64,000 nucleotides of DNA from Octopus vulgaris (lineage: Eukaryota): NCBI GenBank assembly GCA_951406725.2, contig OX597815.1:65038001-65102000 (forward strand), in the 5' to 3' direction. A program made the translations under genes and the position numbers. Each line of letters opens with the position of its first letter. Within the stretch, counting starts at the first letter, position 1. Below are positions 27,011 to 39,855 of the stretch, piece after piece. The notes beneath the pieces were generated by a model, which was not told the DNA's origin, ran no database searches, and worked only from the letters and a program-made list of their open reading frames with translations.

Positions 27011-30000
27011 GGCTATGTAAACCTTACAACTTCTTTATCTCACCTTACCAACTGTTTGTCAAGTTAATCCTTCTACTTAAACTGCATTTATGTCAATGTG
27101 TCTGGGAGAGAGAGTCTTTATCATCTTTACCATCCCCCTACCACTAGTCAATATCAGTGTTCCTCTATTGATCTGTGTTAACTCTCTCTGTGAGTCTCTT
27201 TTACTTTCTCCCTACCTCTATCTATATGATGTAAAATGTACCCGGGGAAATCACCCAACCAACCAACCAACCAAAATTAGTATCAACTATTATAGAGATA
27301 GTTATAATAATGTTAACACATACTAAAAGTCAATGGAAATGAGTCTGGTCTTATTGAAAATGAAAATTAAATAAAGAGAAACAAAATATTTCAGAAAATT
27401 TTTAACTTTGGACTAAATAGTTTTCATTAAAGTATTTGGTTTGTTTCAACAACATTGTAGATGGCTAGGTTACTAATTACTAGATATCCTTTACATCTTA
27501 TGAAAAATGCATACTCAAATTAGATTGCCAGATATTTCAGGTACTAAATATTAAAGGATGGGTTTTAACTGAAGAATTTCTTTTCAAATATGACACCTGC
27601 TCGACAGAATAAGCTATTTCTAGCAGTAAAATAATCATGGTATAGCAGAAAAACTTCCTATATTTTAGATGGGCATTGGTGTGGAAGTAGTAAAGTTAGG
27701 CAAGTGGTAGGAAATGTATTCATATAACAGTTACCATCACTGTTTGGAATAATGCTATTAAAACATTTATCAAGGACGGCGGGGTTTCTACCACAACCTA
27801 TACAAACTGCAAACAATATCATCATTGTTATTTAATGTCTATTTTCCATGTTGGCATGATTTTGACAGAAACCAACAAGCCAGAGAAATGCATCGAGCTC
27901 CAATGCCTGCTCAGGAATGGTTTCTACAAACTGTATGCCCCTCTTAATATCAACCACTTTATAGAATGTACTTGCTGCTTTTTATATGACACCAGCATTA
28001 GTGTGGTCACCATGCAACTTGCAAGATAAGACCCCTCAACTAAGATGTGTAATATTGATGGAGCTGATAGTGATAGAGCAACAGGAACAGATATCTTATT
28101 GATGAGCAGGTACATGGCTTCCCTAGCTGGAGAGAGAGAGAGAGAGATGGTGAGAGCATACCTTGATGGTACAAGAGAGAATAGGGTTAGAGGAACAGAA
28201 AGGGCAGGTAGGTGGGTAGGTAATTTTATGAGCATGTGAAAGGAGTATAACAGATGGTTAGAGATAGGGAGTGAGGTGGAGACTGAATGGGAACATGAAA
28301 GTATGACCAGTGATGAATATCAGTTGGGGTTGGAGTGGATCAGGGAAGAAAGGAAGGAGTTATACAACCTATTAATAATCAACAATTATTAAATATTAAG
28401 ATATAAATACTTAATTTCAAGTTAATAATAAAATTAATCACAACCACCCCCTTATTTACAAAATAATCCAAATTCTCCTTTCAGGAACACCTACTGAAAA
28501 ACATGTTTACATAGTGCTATTTTATTAGTATAATGTAAAAGCTAACCATATTTATGTGATTTTAATAAAATCATGAGATTCCTTTAGAAAAGTTCTCATT
28601 TTCTTTGCATCAGCATTAAAGAAATCTGAATATAAAATTGAACATCCACATTAATTCCAAAGAAACAATTAGCTTTATTTATTTATTGGGGGGGGGGGAT
28701 TTAGTCCAAGAATGAAGTATAATTTCTGTGAGCTTTTCAAGTCATCTGTCATACTAGGGCAAGCATATTGCAGTTGATATTCTCTAAATGAGCATCAATA
28801 GCTTGATGTCCACAGAAACAAATGTGGGTGACAAAATTAGTCCAAGAGTGTGGGAATTCTAAAGGAAAGGATTAGGCAACGTGTTTGAGGATGAGATGCT
28901 GCATGATGGTGGTAACAGTGGTAGTAGGAGAAGTAGAGAGCAGAAACAAAATGTTTTTAAGATATCAGCTGGTTGGCCTTTATTAGGATGTAGTCTGGAA
29001 TGTTTATGAGTAAGAGCTTTATTGTTCCACATTCACAGTGAAGGGATCTCTATAGCAATGCAGCATTGTTATTAACTAATATTATTATTAAGCAATAGTT
29101 AAAAATTCAGTTGCTAGTCAGGATTGGAATAAACCTTGCTTTGCTTTGCTAGCTAACTAGGCCAATAGGCTTGAATACTGCATCTATAATCTGAAGAATC
29201 AAGTAAGGTAACCTAAATAACAATAACAATTGTGCCCTGGTGAAAAATACCAACATCAATGAACGCTATTTGTCGAGAAGCCAATTTTTCAGGGTGAGAT
29301 ACAGCTATTAGACTGCTCAAGAATCTGAAGTTATAATGATCACCATAAAACACCAAATACAAAAGACATGGTTTTCCTATCAATCTAAATGACAAGTAAA
29401 AAAGGAAATCATTTTGATGACTAAAAAAAGAAACATATCTGAATAATACACATCATTATTTTTAACCCTGTTACAAAAACTATCTACAGCTAGCATCTTC
29501 CCCTCTTGTTACAGATACATGGATGTCAGAAGGGAGGGACAAGGCTCATTCCTGAGTAACAAAAAAGAGTAAGTTACAAGTAGATCTGATCTAACAAAAG
29601 CATACTGGTAATCATTAACCAGGGAAAGTGATAGGAGTGTAGGAGAAGGCCGTTAATAGGTGACCCCATTACCTTTAAGCTATAGGAAGTGAGTGCATTG
29701 AACAACAATTGGAAGAATCAGAAAAGTTGTGTTTCTTAAATGAGGGGCACATTATAACATGTTTCTGAAGATCAAATTATCCTTGTATAGAAAGATAGAT
29801 TAGTCCTGAGGTATATTATTTGAGGTTGAAGGAGAGGACAATGTTAGGGCCAATGGTTTGAAGTGGCTAGAGGTACTTTCAAACTTGGTGCATGTATGTG
29901 TGTGCTGATGAACTATGAGCAATTGAAAGATAGTTTTATGTAGAGCTGGATGCAAGGTGGGCAGCAAATATGGAGGCTTTCTCTGTGGAAGTACTTGCTC

Positions 30001-31159
30001 ACAGAACCACCACATTTGAGAAATTGAAGACTGTTAGATTCTGCAAGATTGCTCCAAATCTATAAATAAGGAACCAAAAAGTTTGGTTGCAGCTGGTTCT
30101 CACTGTCCATTTACCCTAACCAAAACAACAATGTAACCATCAGTCTGTGTAGTTATTTAGTCCAAGATCATCAAATCATGGCCATTCTGTATTTTGCCAG
30201 GCATTGTGTACCCTTATCCAATGTCTTTTTTTCTTTTTAGTTGGTAGAGTGTAATTTGAGAACAATTTTGTTACTATTTCTATCATATTGAGCAACCAAA
30301 AATGACCTCCATCACTGATAATGAAAGTCTGTATTGCCTAGAGTTTATGTTGAGGACATTAACCAAGTACTTTGTAACACTTCAAACTCCAAAACAATTT
30401 TACTTTACTCAACTTCATTCCTACATTCCACAGCACTTCTCTCTTTTTTTACTCTGAAATCACTATACTTTTATTTTATTTTCTTTCTTCCTTCCTCCTA
30501 CATTCATTCATTCATTCATTCATTCATTCATTCATTCACTGTAACCACTTCCTTTTTATTGTTCCCTGCTCATTCCCTCTTGCATCACATCTCTTTACCC
30601 TCTTCATTCACTCCACTTCCCTCCACCCTCACCAGCATCTCCATTCACAATCTTCAACCACCAGACTAACACACATGACAAACTCACTGACATTCTACAA
30701 ACTATCATTTGTCATATTGATTGTCTGATTCTTCTTACCTTCACTTTATCTATTCTCTCTCCTCATCTTACTCTTTAGCCTCTTTCTCTAAATCTTTTCC
30801 AGTCTATCATTTTTAAACTCCGTCAACTCACCCCACCCTACCCCAACAGAACAAAATACTAATACCACCACCACCACTACAACAGATTTATCACTTGTAG
30901 ACAGTTACCTGAATCCTAATCTCTTTGAAATTTATTTAGTAGATTTAATCTCTAAACTAAATTGATAAAAAAAAAAAGCATTTAGTGTATTATTTCCTGA
31001 TGATATTTTTATGGTAATTAATACTTGAAACCATGCAACTGTCGTCATAAATCTGAACTGTCTGTAAGAGTCACATGGCAAATCACTCTTCTAACAAGAC
31101 ACCCTTTTTCAGTTGACAACTAATAGTAGAAAAGAATGGGTCATCTCTGATACAGTTCA

Positions 31160-31400
31160 TGGTGTTTGGAAGGGTATCCGGCTGTAAAACCCTTGACAAA
31201 ACTGACCTCGCCTGTGCTTGTACCACCTAAAAAGCACTTAATCCACTCTGCTGAGTAGTTGGTGTTAGGAAGGGCCTTCAGCTGTAAAAGTCCTACTAGT
31301 CACAGAAGTCTGGTGCAGGCTTCTGCCTGGTTGGCTCCTGTCAAACCATCCCACCCATACCAGCATGGAAGGCAGACATTAAACGATGGTGATGATAGAG
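31160..31400 (+). mobile_element. RTE 3'-end fragment
   Basis: ttggtgttaggaagggc..cagcatggaaggcagacattaaacgatggtgatgat matches the RTE terminus. Confidence 0.7.
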
Positions 31401-33479
31401 TAAACACAATTTTACTTTTTTGAGTATAAAAAAAACCATTTAGGAAAAGTTATACTGACATAATCTATGATAAATTCTATCATCAGTCTAAGCAACAGTT
31501 AAGGACAAAGTGTAATCAGTTAACATCCATGTTCAGTGCTGGCATGCATAGGATGCTGCAACAGGATCTGATAAGTCCAAGAAATTCATTGTGCTCCAAT
31601 GTCTGCTTTGGCATGGTTTCTACAGCTGGATACCCTTCCCAATGCTAATCAATTTACAGCATGTACTGGGGGGAACTTATTACCTTTTTTTTTTCAAGGT
31701 TATGAAAAGATGAATTGTTTTTAAATATCACTAATGTGAATGTCCTTTTTCTCTGTAAGAGGAATTTTAGGTCTTTCAGTTATGCTGTATAACAAAAATA
31801 AAGAAAGTTTTTACTTCATAGTCAAAGTAATAAAATAGAAGCAGCATCGTGATTATTTTTAAAACTTCAATAGCAGTGAAGTTTATTGAGGACCTTCAAA
31901 TACATAACTTATTTTAAGGTTGTATTATTTTCTGAACTGTTTGAATTTTAAGGAGTAAAGCCACATAGTATAAAAAGAGTGGTCTTAGGAGAGGAGATTT
32001 TTGAAAACTATACTCTTTGTTATACAATTGTCACTTCAACCATAGGTGTCATAATTATCATTTTTATCTTTACATCAAGGGGTAAACAAACTTAATTATG
32101 GAATGAAATCAAAGATATAATTGAAATTTGAAAATTTTCTAAGTCAAAAAAAACCTTGCAAAAATTGTGGTGGGGTATGGGATCCACATATTTTCCTTTC
32201 TTTTTTAGTGGGGCATGGAATAGTGAATATCTTTTTTTCACAGCAAACATGCTACACCTATACTTTTTTTCCAAACACTAGTGGGGCATACATTTTTCTG
32301 GAAAGTTATAGTGGGACCTGGGGGGATATATGTTGGGAAACACTGTGTTAGAGATTTCTTCACATCTTTCAAAATTAATGTAAATATAACTAGTACAATT
32401 TTTATATCATGCATTTCAAGATTGACTGATCAATGTAGTTTCACGATAGCATTAATAAAACTTTATCATATCTTAATACTCAGTACCACATCCTTAATCT
32501 GGCTGGACTTGCAGTCACAATCCCAATAAATCATGTAGTAGTTGTCCAGCATGAACTTTAAATAAAATATATATCCATAACAGAATAATCATAATTTTAA
32601 AAATTTATAAATCAGACACTTCTTTTATGAAGAAGAGAATAATAAAAACATTGTCCCTATAATAGATCATGTTTTCAATTTTGTTTATAGTTTATCAGTC
32701 AATTAAGACAATTGTTAATGTCTTAATACAATACAATACAAATGTTAATGGAATAGACATATATTTATTGGTTGTTTACTTCCTCCTTTCTCTTCTTTCT
32801 ACTACTCAACACCACAAATGGGATTTCATTGATAGTCTGCTCCCCTCCCTCATTTAAAATTTTATACAACTTAGTAATTCAAACTAGACATGGTTTTAAA
32901 ATTACAAAAAATTATTACAACTTCTTACTGGTCCTAGGATACACATGTATGAACACACACACACACACACACACACATTAAAAATCAAGCACCCAAAAGC
33001 AGTCAAATGTTGCTGAGAAGAGATAAACAAAAGTATTAACAAATCACTGACACACACCATCACATTCATCTTCATAGAGGAACAATCCAACAGGCAATTG
33101 CTTAACTTACTACTGACATAATAATCATCCTGTCCCAAGATACAGCTAAAACTTAAGATACAACTTAACCCTTTTGATATCAACTCATCTGAATCTACTC
33201 CTGGTAAATGTCTGAGCTCAATATGCAAAAACGGAATAGGTTAGAATTCTACACAGTGTACTCAGTATAATCAATGAATGCTCAGTATAATCTTTGGATG
33301 CACAAGTGTAGTGGAACAACAAACAGTAAACTTTAAACTTAAATAATAAGAACAGAAGTGAAATAAATTTCTTCAAATGCTCCAGAATACCCACAACAAA
33401 TAGTTGTTAGTGTTTGCTATCTGAATGACTTAATTAGTAGTGGAGGTGGGTGCAGTTAAGAAGGTAAGTACAAGTGGAA

Positions 33480-33950
33480 AAAAATTCAGGGAACTATAAC
33501 TTCTGCTGACAACAAGGGGTTTTCTTTTCAAAGCAAAGAACATTATCTGATGATTGTGTATGAACTGTGAGATATAGGTTGAACGCAGAAGATCTGCAAA
33601 GACTAGAAAGAAATGAAGTGATTATGTCCCATGGGGTGTGTAATATTAGCATGCAAGAATGATGGAATACAAATGAAATGAAAGAAAATTGTACATTTGA
33701 GGAATCAAATATAATGTGTAAGAGCATTTTGCTGGTATTAGCATGTGAAGTATACAAAGGATGACAAAACAAGTGCAGAGCTCTCAGAGTAGACTGAAGC
33801 AGTGGAACTGAGATGTTAAGGAAGACACGAGACTAAGAAGAGAAAACTAATCTCAAGATGTCATGCTTCACACACATGGCAAAGAACTATGGTAATTGGT
33901 ATCACATGCAGCTGAAGAAGACCTGCCAACATTTGCCAATATGGCAAATA
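33480..33950 (+). mobile_element. Very degenerate RTE ORF 3' fragment
   Basis: AEDLQRLERNE remnant at ~33585. Confidence 0.55.
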
Positions 33951-34816
33951 CTGTGGTGTATAATAATATCTAAATCAGGATTTATGGCTCCTTATATTCC
34001 TAGATGTATCACAATCTGCTCCCTTCTCATCTCTTCAACATTCTCTCATATTCACTATACTACACAATCCATGTAACAATAATGACATTGTATCTCCTTG
34101 CAGTCATTCCCCACTGCCACCATCCTTATCACTCTACCTTTCTCCCTCTCTCTCAGTATACCTATGTAACTAGAGATTGTATAAAATCTGTTCATATCTG
34201 ATACATACCCCTCACACACCCCATCAACCATTTGTACTTTTGGCTTGAAAAATCAAATTTTCTACAACTTAAAATACTGTTATTTCCTAGGTTACTGATG
34301 AAAATAACCAGCAGAACTAATGGGCCTAATGAGATAACCAGGTAAGGCTCATGAATGTAAAAAATCATTTTGTGTGTGTGTGTGTAAATGATCTTCTGAT
34401 TAAATTCAAGTAAAACAGGTGGCAAAAAAAATATATAGGAAAAGTTTACTTTCTAAGAAAATAAAAAGGAAAGGATATTAATGAATTACAAGAGATAACT
34501 TTGCTTCAGTCACCACTGCAATTACAACCATGTTTCGTGATCTGCTGTTGTGGTAGCAGACCACGAAACACGGTTGTAATTTCTCCCCACACATTGCAAA
34601 ATAAATATTTCTGTCTAAAAATATCCATCATACATCCCAAAATATTAAAAAGTAATAAGTTCCAAGAATTCAGAACTGCATGCAAAATCTTATTGAAATC
34701 AACACCTAATGTGAAAAATCACAGTAGTATGGCTCTCGTGCATGAAATTATAACACTGAAAATGATGCAAAAAAGAATAAAATAGTTTGAAAAGAATCTC
34801 TTTCTCACAATATATA

Positions 34817-35655
34817 CAGGGTGCAATGAGTAAATTGTTGCCATTTTATATTTTTAATTTCACATATGCACAATATTTTTGATTTTGCCAACTACACAAT
34901 ATGGTAGGATCAGTTGGGCACCATCTGTGAGAAAACCAGCATCATGATGTAACACTCTGCCAGAAATTAGGAAATGACATGCTATACACCAGAAGCTCCA
35001 ACATGAATAGATGATGAATACATAGAACAACCATTGGCTTGCCATGTCCCCAAACATGTACCAAGAGTGATAAAAATCAAACATCCAGTCAACATCATGG
35101 TGTTTGGAGTGATCACTAGTGATGGCAATATTATGCCTCCATTCATCTTCCCACATACCTCACACTCAACACAGAGGCCTATATCAAGTGCCTGGAGGAG
35201 GTAGTGCTACCCTGGACCAAAAGGGTGGCTGCTTGAAGACCCTATGTCTGGCGACAGGACTCTGCACCATGCCACGCAAGCAAGAGAAGCCAGTCATGAC
35301 TGTCAGATAATTTCTGTTACCGCATCACCCCTGACATCAGGCCACCTAACTCTCCAAACTGTAAACCTCTTAATTATTATGAGTGGGGCGCAGTTAAGTG
35401 AGAGACCAACAAAACTCCTTGTAATGAAGGCAAGGATTGTGGCAGTATTCACCAACTTAAACAAGGAGACTGTCCAGAAGAGATGCAGGAGATTCTGAAG
35501 TCGTTTGGAGGCCATGGTTGAAGCCAATGGGAATTTTATTGAATAAATTTAAACCTTAGTATTTCAAGATATTTTTATGTAATTTTGGTAAATATATGTT
35601 AAAATGAGTTTTCATTTTTGCATAATTTAGACGATAATTTATTCACAGCGTCCTG
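34817..35655 (+). mobile_element. Internally deleted maT/DD37D-type (Tc1/mariner superfamily) DNA transposon
   Basis: Imperfect TIRs (ta-cagggtgcaatgagtaaatt / aatttattcacagcgtcctg-ta). Peptides KHPVNIMVFGVITSDG, YIKCLEEVVLPW, QDSAPCH and PPNSP.C.PL. Confidence 0.75.
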
Positions 35656-35682
35656 TATGTATGTATGTATGTATGTATGTGT

Positions 35683-37714
35683 ATTCATCCGTATCTCTAT
35701 TTATTATTATTATTTATTAATTATTATTATTCTGATCCCCCTAGTCGCCACTCTGTTTACTATTTCAGCCTCGCCTCGTTTTTACATATTCTGTATAATT
35801 CACTAGTTATCGTTATAGATATTTAAGATCTATCTCCCTTATAGAAATTGGCTGCCGATTCTTCGCGGGGTTTTTCTCTTCCCTTCTCTCCCCCTCTTTT
35901 TACATTGTCGTCTGTCTGGACTCCTCTCTTCCTACCACCCGCCATGGCTATGCATACTTAAGCTAGTAAACTGCCTCATTCTTGATTCCGAATTCCTTTT
36001 GCCAAGTCTGTCCGTAAACGAAGTGATCTCAAGATAAGAAATCTTTGAACTTTAATTCATCCGTATCTCTATTTATTATTATTATTTATTAATTATTATT
36101 ATTCTGATCCCCCTAGTCGCCACTCTGTTTACTATTTCAGCCTCGCCTCGTTTTTGCATATTCTGTATAATTCACTAGTTATCGTTATAGATATTTAAGA
36201 TCTATCTCCCTTATAGAAATTGGCTGCCGATTCTTCGCGGGGTTTTTCTCTTCCCTTCTCTCCCCCTCTTTTTACATTGTCGTCTGTCTGGACTCCTCTC
36301 TTCCTACCACCCGCCATGGCTATGCATACTTAAGCTAGTAAACTGCCTCATTCTTGATTCCGAATTCCTTTTGCCAAGTCTGTCCGTAAACGAAGTGATC
36401 TCAAGATAAGAAATCTTTGAACTTTAATTCATCCGTATCTCTATTTATTATTATTATTTATTAATTATTATTATTCTGATCCCCCTAGTCGCCACTCTGT
36501 TTACTATTTCAGCCTCGCCTCGTTTTTGCATATTCTGTATAATTCACTAGTTATCGTTATAGATATTTAAGATCTATCTCCCTTATAGAAATTGGCTGCC
36601 GATTCTTCGCGGGGTTTTTCTCTTCCCTTCTCTCCCCCTCTTTTTACATTGTCGTCTGTCTGGACTCCTCTCTTCCTACCACCCGCCATGGCTATGCATA
36701 CTTAAGCTAGTAAACTGCCTCATTCTTGATTCCGAATTCCTTTTGCCAAGTCTGTCCGTAAACGAAGTGATCTCAAGATAAGAAATCTTTGAACTTTAAT
36801 TCATCCGTATCTCTATTTATTATTATTATTTATTAATTATTATTATTCTGATCCCCCTAGTCGCCACTCTGTTTACTATTTCAGCCTCGCCTCGTTTTTG
36901 CATATTCTGTATAATTCACTAGTTATCGTTATAGATATTTAAGATCTATCTCCCTTATAGAAATTGGCTGCCGATTCTTCGCGGGGTTTTTCTCTTCCCT
37001 TCTCTCCCCCTCTTTTTACATTGTCGTCTGTCTGGACTCCTCTCTTCCTACCACCCGCCATGGCTATGCATACTTAAGCTAGTAAACTGCCTCATTCTTG
37101 ATTCCGAATTCCTTTTGCCAAGTCTGTCCGTAAACGAAGTGATCTCAAGATAAGAAATCTTTGAACTTTAATTCATCCGTATCTCTATTTATTATTATTA
37201 TTTATTAATTATTATTATTCTGATCCCCCTAGTCGCCACTCTGTTTACTATTTCAGCCTCGCCTCGTTTTTGCATATTCTGTATAATTCACTAGTTATCG
37301 TTATAGATATTTAAGATCTATCTCCCTTATAGAAATTGGCTGCCGATTCTTCGCGGGGTTTTTCTCTTCCCTTCTCTCCCCCTCTTTTTACATTGTCGTC
37401 TGTCTGGACTCCTCTCTTCCTACCACCCGCCATGGCTATGCATACTTAAGCTAGTAAACTGCCTCATTCTTGATTCCGAATTCCTTTTGCCAAGTCTGTC
37501 CGTAAACGAAGTGATCTCAAGATAAGAAATCTTTGAACTTTAATTCATCCGTATCTCTATTTATTATTATTATTATTCTGATCCCCCTAGTCGCCACTCT
37601 GTTTACTATTTCAGCCTCGCCTCGTTTTTGCATATTCTGTATAATTCACTAGTTATCGTTATAGATATTTAAGATCTATCTCCCTTATAGAAATTGGCTG
37701 CCGATTCTTCGCGG
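35683..37714. repeat. Near-perfect ~372-bp tandem array (5 full units plus ~0.45 unit)
   Basis: attcatccgtatctct starts at ~35683, 36055, 36427, 36799, 37171 and 37543. Units are almost identical, CpG-retaining and include an (ATT)n tract. Confidence 0.97.
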
Positions 37715-37791
37715 CGCGCCCGCCCTACCCACCCCCACCACCAATACCGGATATCTCTATTTTGCTCCAACTATACCGGATGTCGTTTTCT

Positions 37792-38612
37792 CCCACCACC
37801 ATTATAGGTGTCTACTCTTTGAACCCCCTCTTCAATACGCTATTTCACCATGCATTACCCCTCTCTCGATATCCTACGTTCTACTTGCCTAGAACCTGTC
37901 CTCTGGACCACCCCTCCCACTGGTGCTCACCCCTCCCACTGGTGCTCCCCTATATTTCTGCATCCCCCCACCACCATTATAGGTGTCTACTCTTTGAACC
38001 CCCCTCTTCAATACGCTATTTCACCATGCATTACCCCTCTCTCGATATCCTACGTTCTACTTGCCTAGAACCTGTCCTCTGAACCACCCCTCCCACTGGT
38101 GCTCCCCTATATTTCTGCACCCCCCACCACCATTATAGGTGTCTACTCTTTGAACCCCCTCTTCAATACGCTATTCACCATGCATTACCCCTCTCTCGAT
38201 ATCCTACGTTCTACTTGCCTAGAACCTGTCCTCTGAACCACCCCTCCCACTGGTGCCCACCCCTCCCACTGGTGCTCCCCTATATTTCTGCACCCCCCCA
38301 CCACCATTATAGGTGTCTACTCTTTGAACCCCCTCTTCAATACGCTATTTCACCATGCATTACCCCTCTCTCGATATCCTACGTTCTACTTGCCTAGAAC
38401 CTGTCCCCTGAACCACCCCTCCCACTGGTGCTCCCCTATATTTCTGCACCCCCCACCACCATTATAGGTGTCTACTCTTTGAACCCCCCTCTTCAATACG
38501 CTATTTCACCATGCATTACCCCTCTCTCGATATCCTACGTTCTACTTGACTAGTACCTGTCCTCTGAACCACCCCTCCCACTGGTGCTCCCCTATATTTC
38601 TGCACCCCCCCC
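37792..38612. repeat. C-rich tandem array of ~155/175-bp units (5 copies)
   Basis: attataggtgtctac at 37801, 37976, 38132, 38306 and 38461. Long units carry a ~19-bp internal duplication of cccctcccactggtgc. Confidence 0.95.
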
Positions 38613-38858
38613 ATAAAAAGCACCATCCGAACGTGGCCGATGCCAGACCCCTCTGGCACCTGTGCAGGTGGCACGTAAAAAACACCCACTACACTCGCGG
38701 AGTGGTTGGCGTTAGGAAGGGCATCCAGCTGTAGAAACACTGCCAGACTAGACTGGAGCCTGGGGCAGTCCCGAGCTCCCCAGACCCCGGTCGAAACCGT
38801 CCAACCCGTGCTAGCGCGGAAAACGGACGTTAAACGATGATGATGATGATGATGATGA
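38613..38858 (+). mobile_element. Young RTE 3'-terminal fragment with (GAT)n tail, fused to the tandem array
   Basis: Closely matches 1385-1620 and retains CpGs. Confidence 0.92.
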
Positions 38859-39795
38859 TATATAATTATTTATATTTATATATATCAAACTTCTAGAATC
38901 TTAAATTTAAATCAGGTTATAGATAAAGGCTTCACTACTAAGTATTGATTCTTCTTAGGAGTTCAGCAAGTGTGACTGAGCTAGAGGGGGGGGGGGCAAA
39001 AAACAGATTGTAAGGAAAGTGAGATTTCAAATCATACAGTATAGTTTAACACCTTTCATTCTTTATGGTTAAATCTTACAAACCTCAATGTAAAGCAGTG
39101 GCTCAGATTGATGATAAAGCTATTGTCAACATATTTCAGTACTGTGGTAGGAAGTTATTGTTCTCATCAATTGTAAGATTTCTCAATATTGATTCTAATA
39201 AACCTGTACATTTTATTTAAGCATTTAACTCATTTGAAATATTAACCATTCATCTGTTATGTTTCAGTCATTCTTAACATTTATTTTTTCAGGCTAGCTT
39301 GGGTCAGACAAATATATATTAAGCCATTGTTTTAGAGTTGGATACCCTTATCTGATTTTCATGTAAGAGGTATCTTGTTCTACATGCTTTCAAAGGCACA
39401 AAACCTGCAGAAGTTTTGAAGAAGCATAAATATAAACAAGCACACCACACACAATAGATTTCCACAGTTTTTGTCAACCAAATTTACTCACAAAACATTG
39501 GTTAGACCAGAGTTTTAGTGGGAGACACCTGCCCGAGGTGCCACACAAAGACTGAAACCAAAACAACATGACTGGGGTGCAAACTTCTTAACTATATAGC
39601 TATGCTGGCCTGCATCTCATTTGCAAACTAATTGGTTTCATTCATAAACAAAGGTGTAGGAGTGGCTGTGTGGTAAGTAGCTTGCTTACGAACCAGATGG
39701 TTCTGCGTGGCACCTTGGGCAAGTGTCTTCTATAACCTCGGGCCGACAAAAGCCTTTGTGAGTGGATTTGGTAGACGGAAACAGAAAGAAGCCCG

Positions 39796-39852
<57 letters not shown>

Positions 39853-39855
<3 letters not shown>

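Noticed and set aside
37762-38397. Pro/His-rich ORFs in the second array
   Set aside because: By-products of a C-rich repeat. Unit lengths shift frame and there is no domain similarity.
35683-38612. Hammerhead ribozyme, or 5S/snRNA/tRNA gene array
   Set aside because: No CUGANGA...GAAA core found by eye on either strand and no recognisable structural-RNA sequence. A covariance search is still needed.
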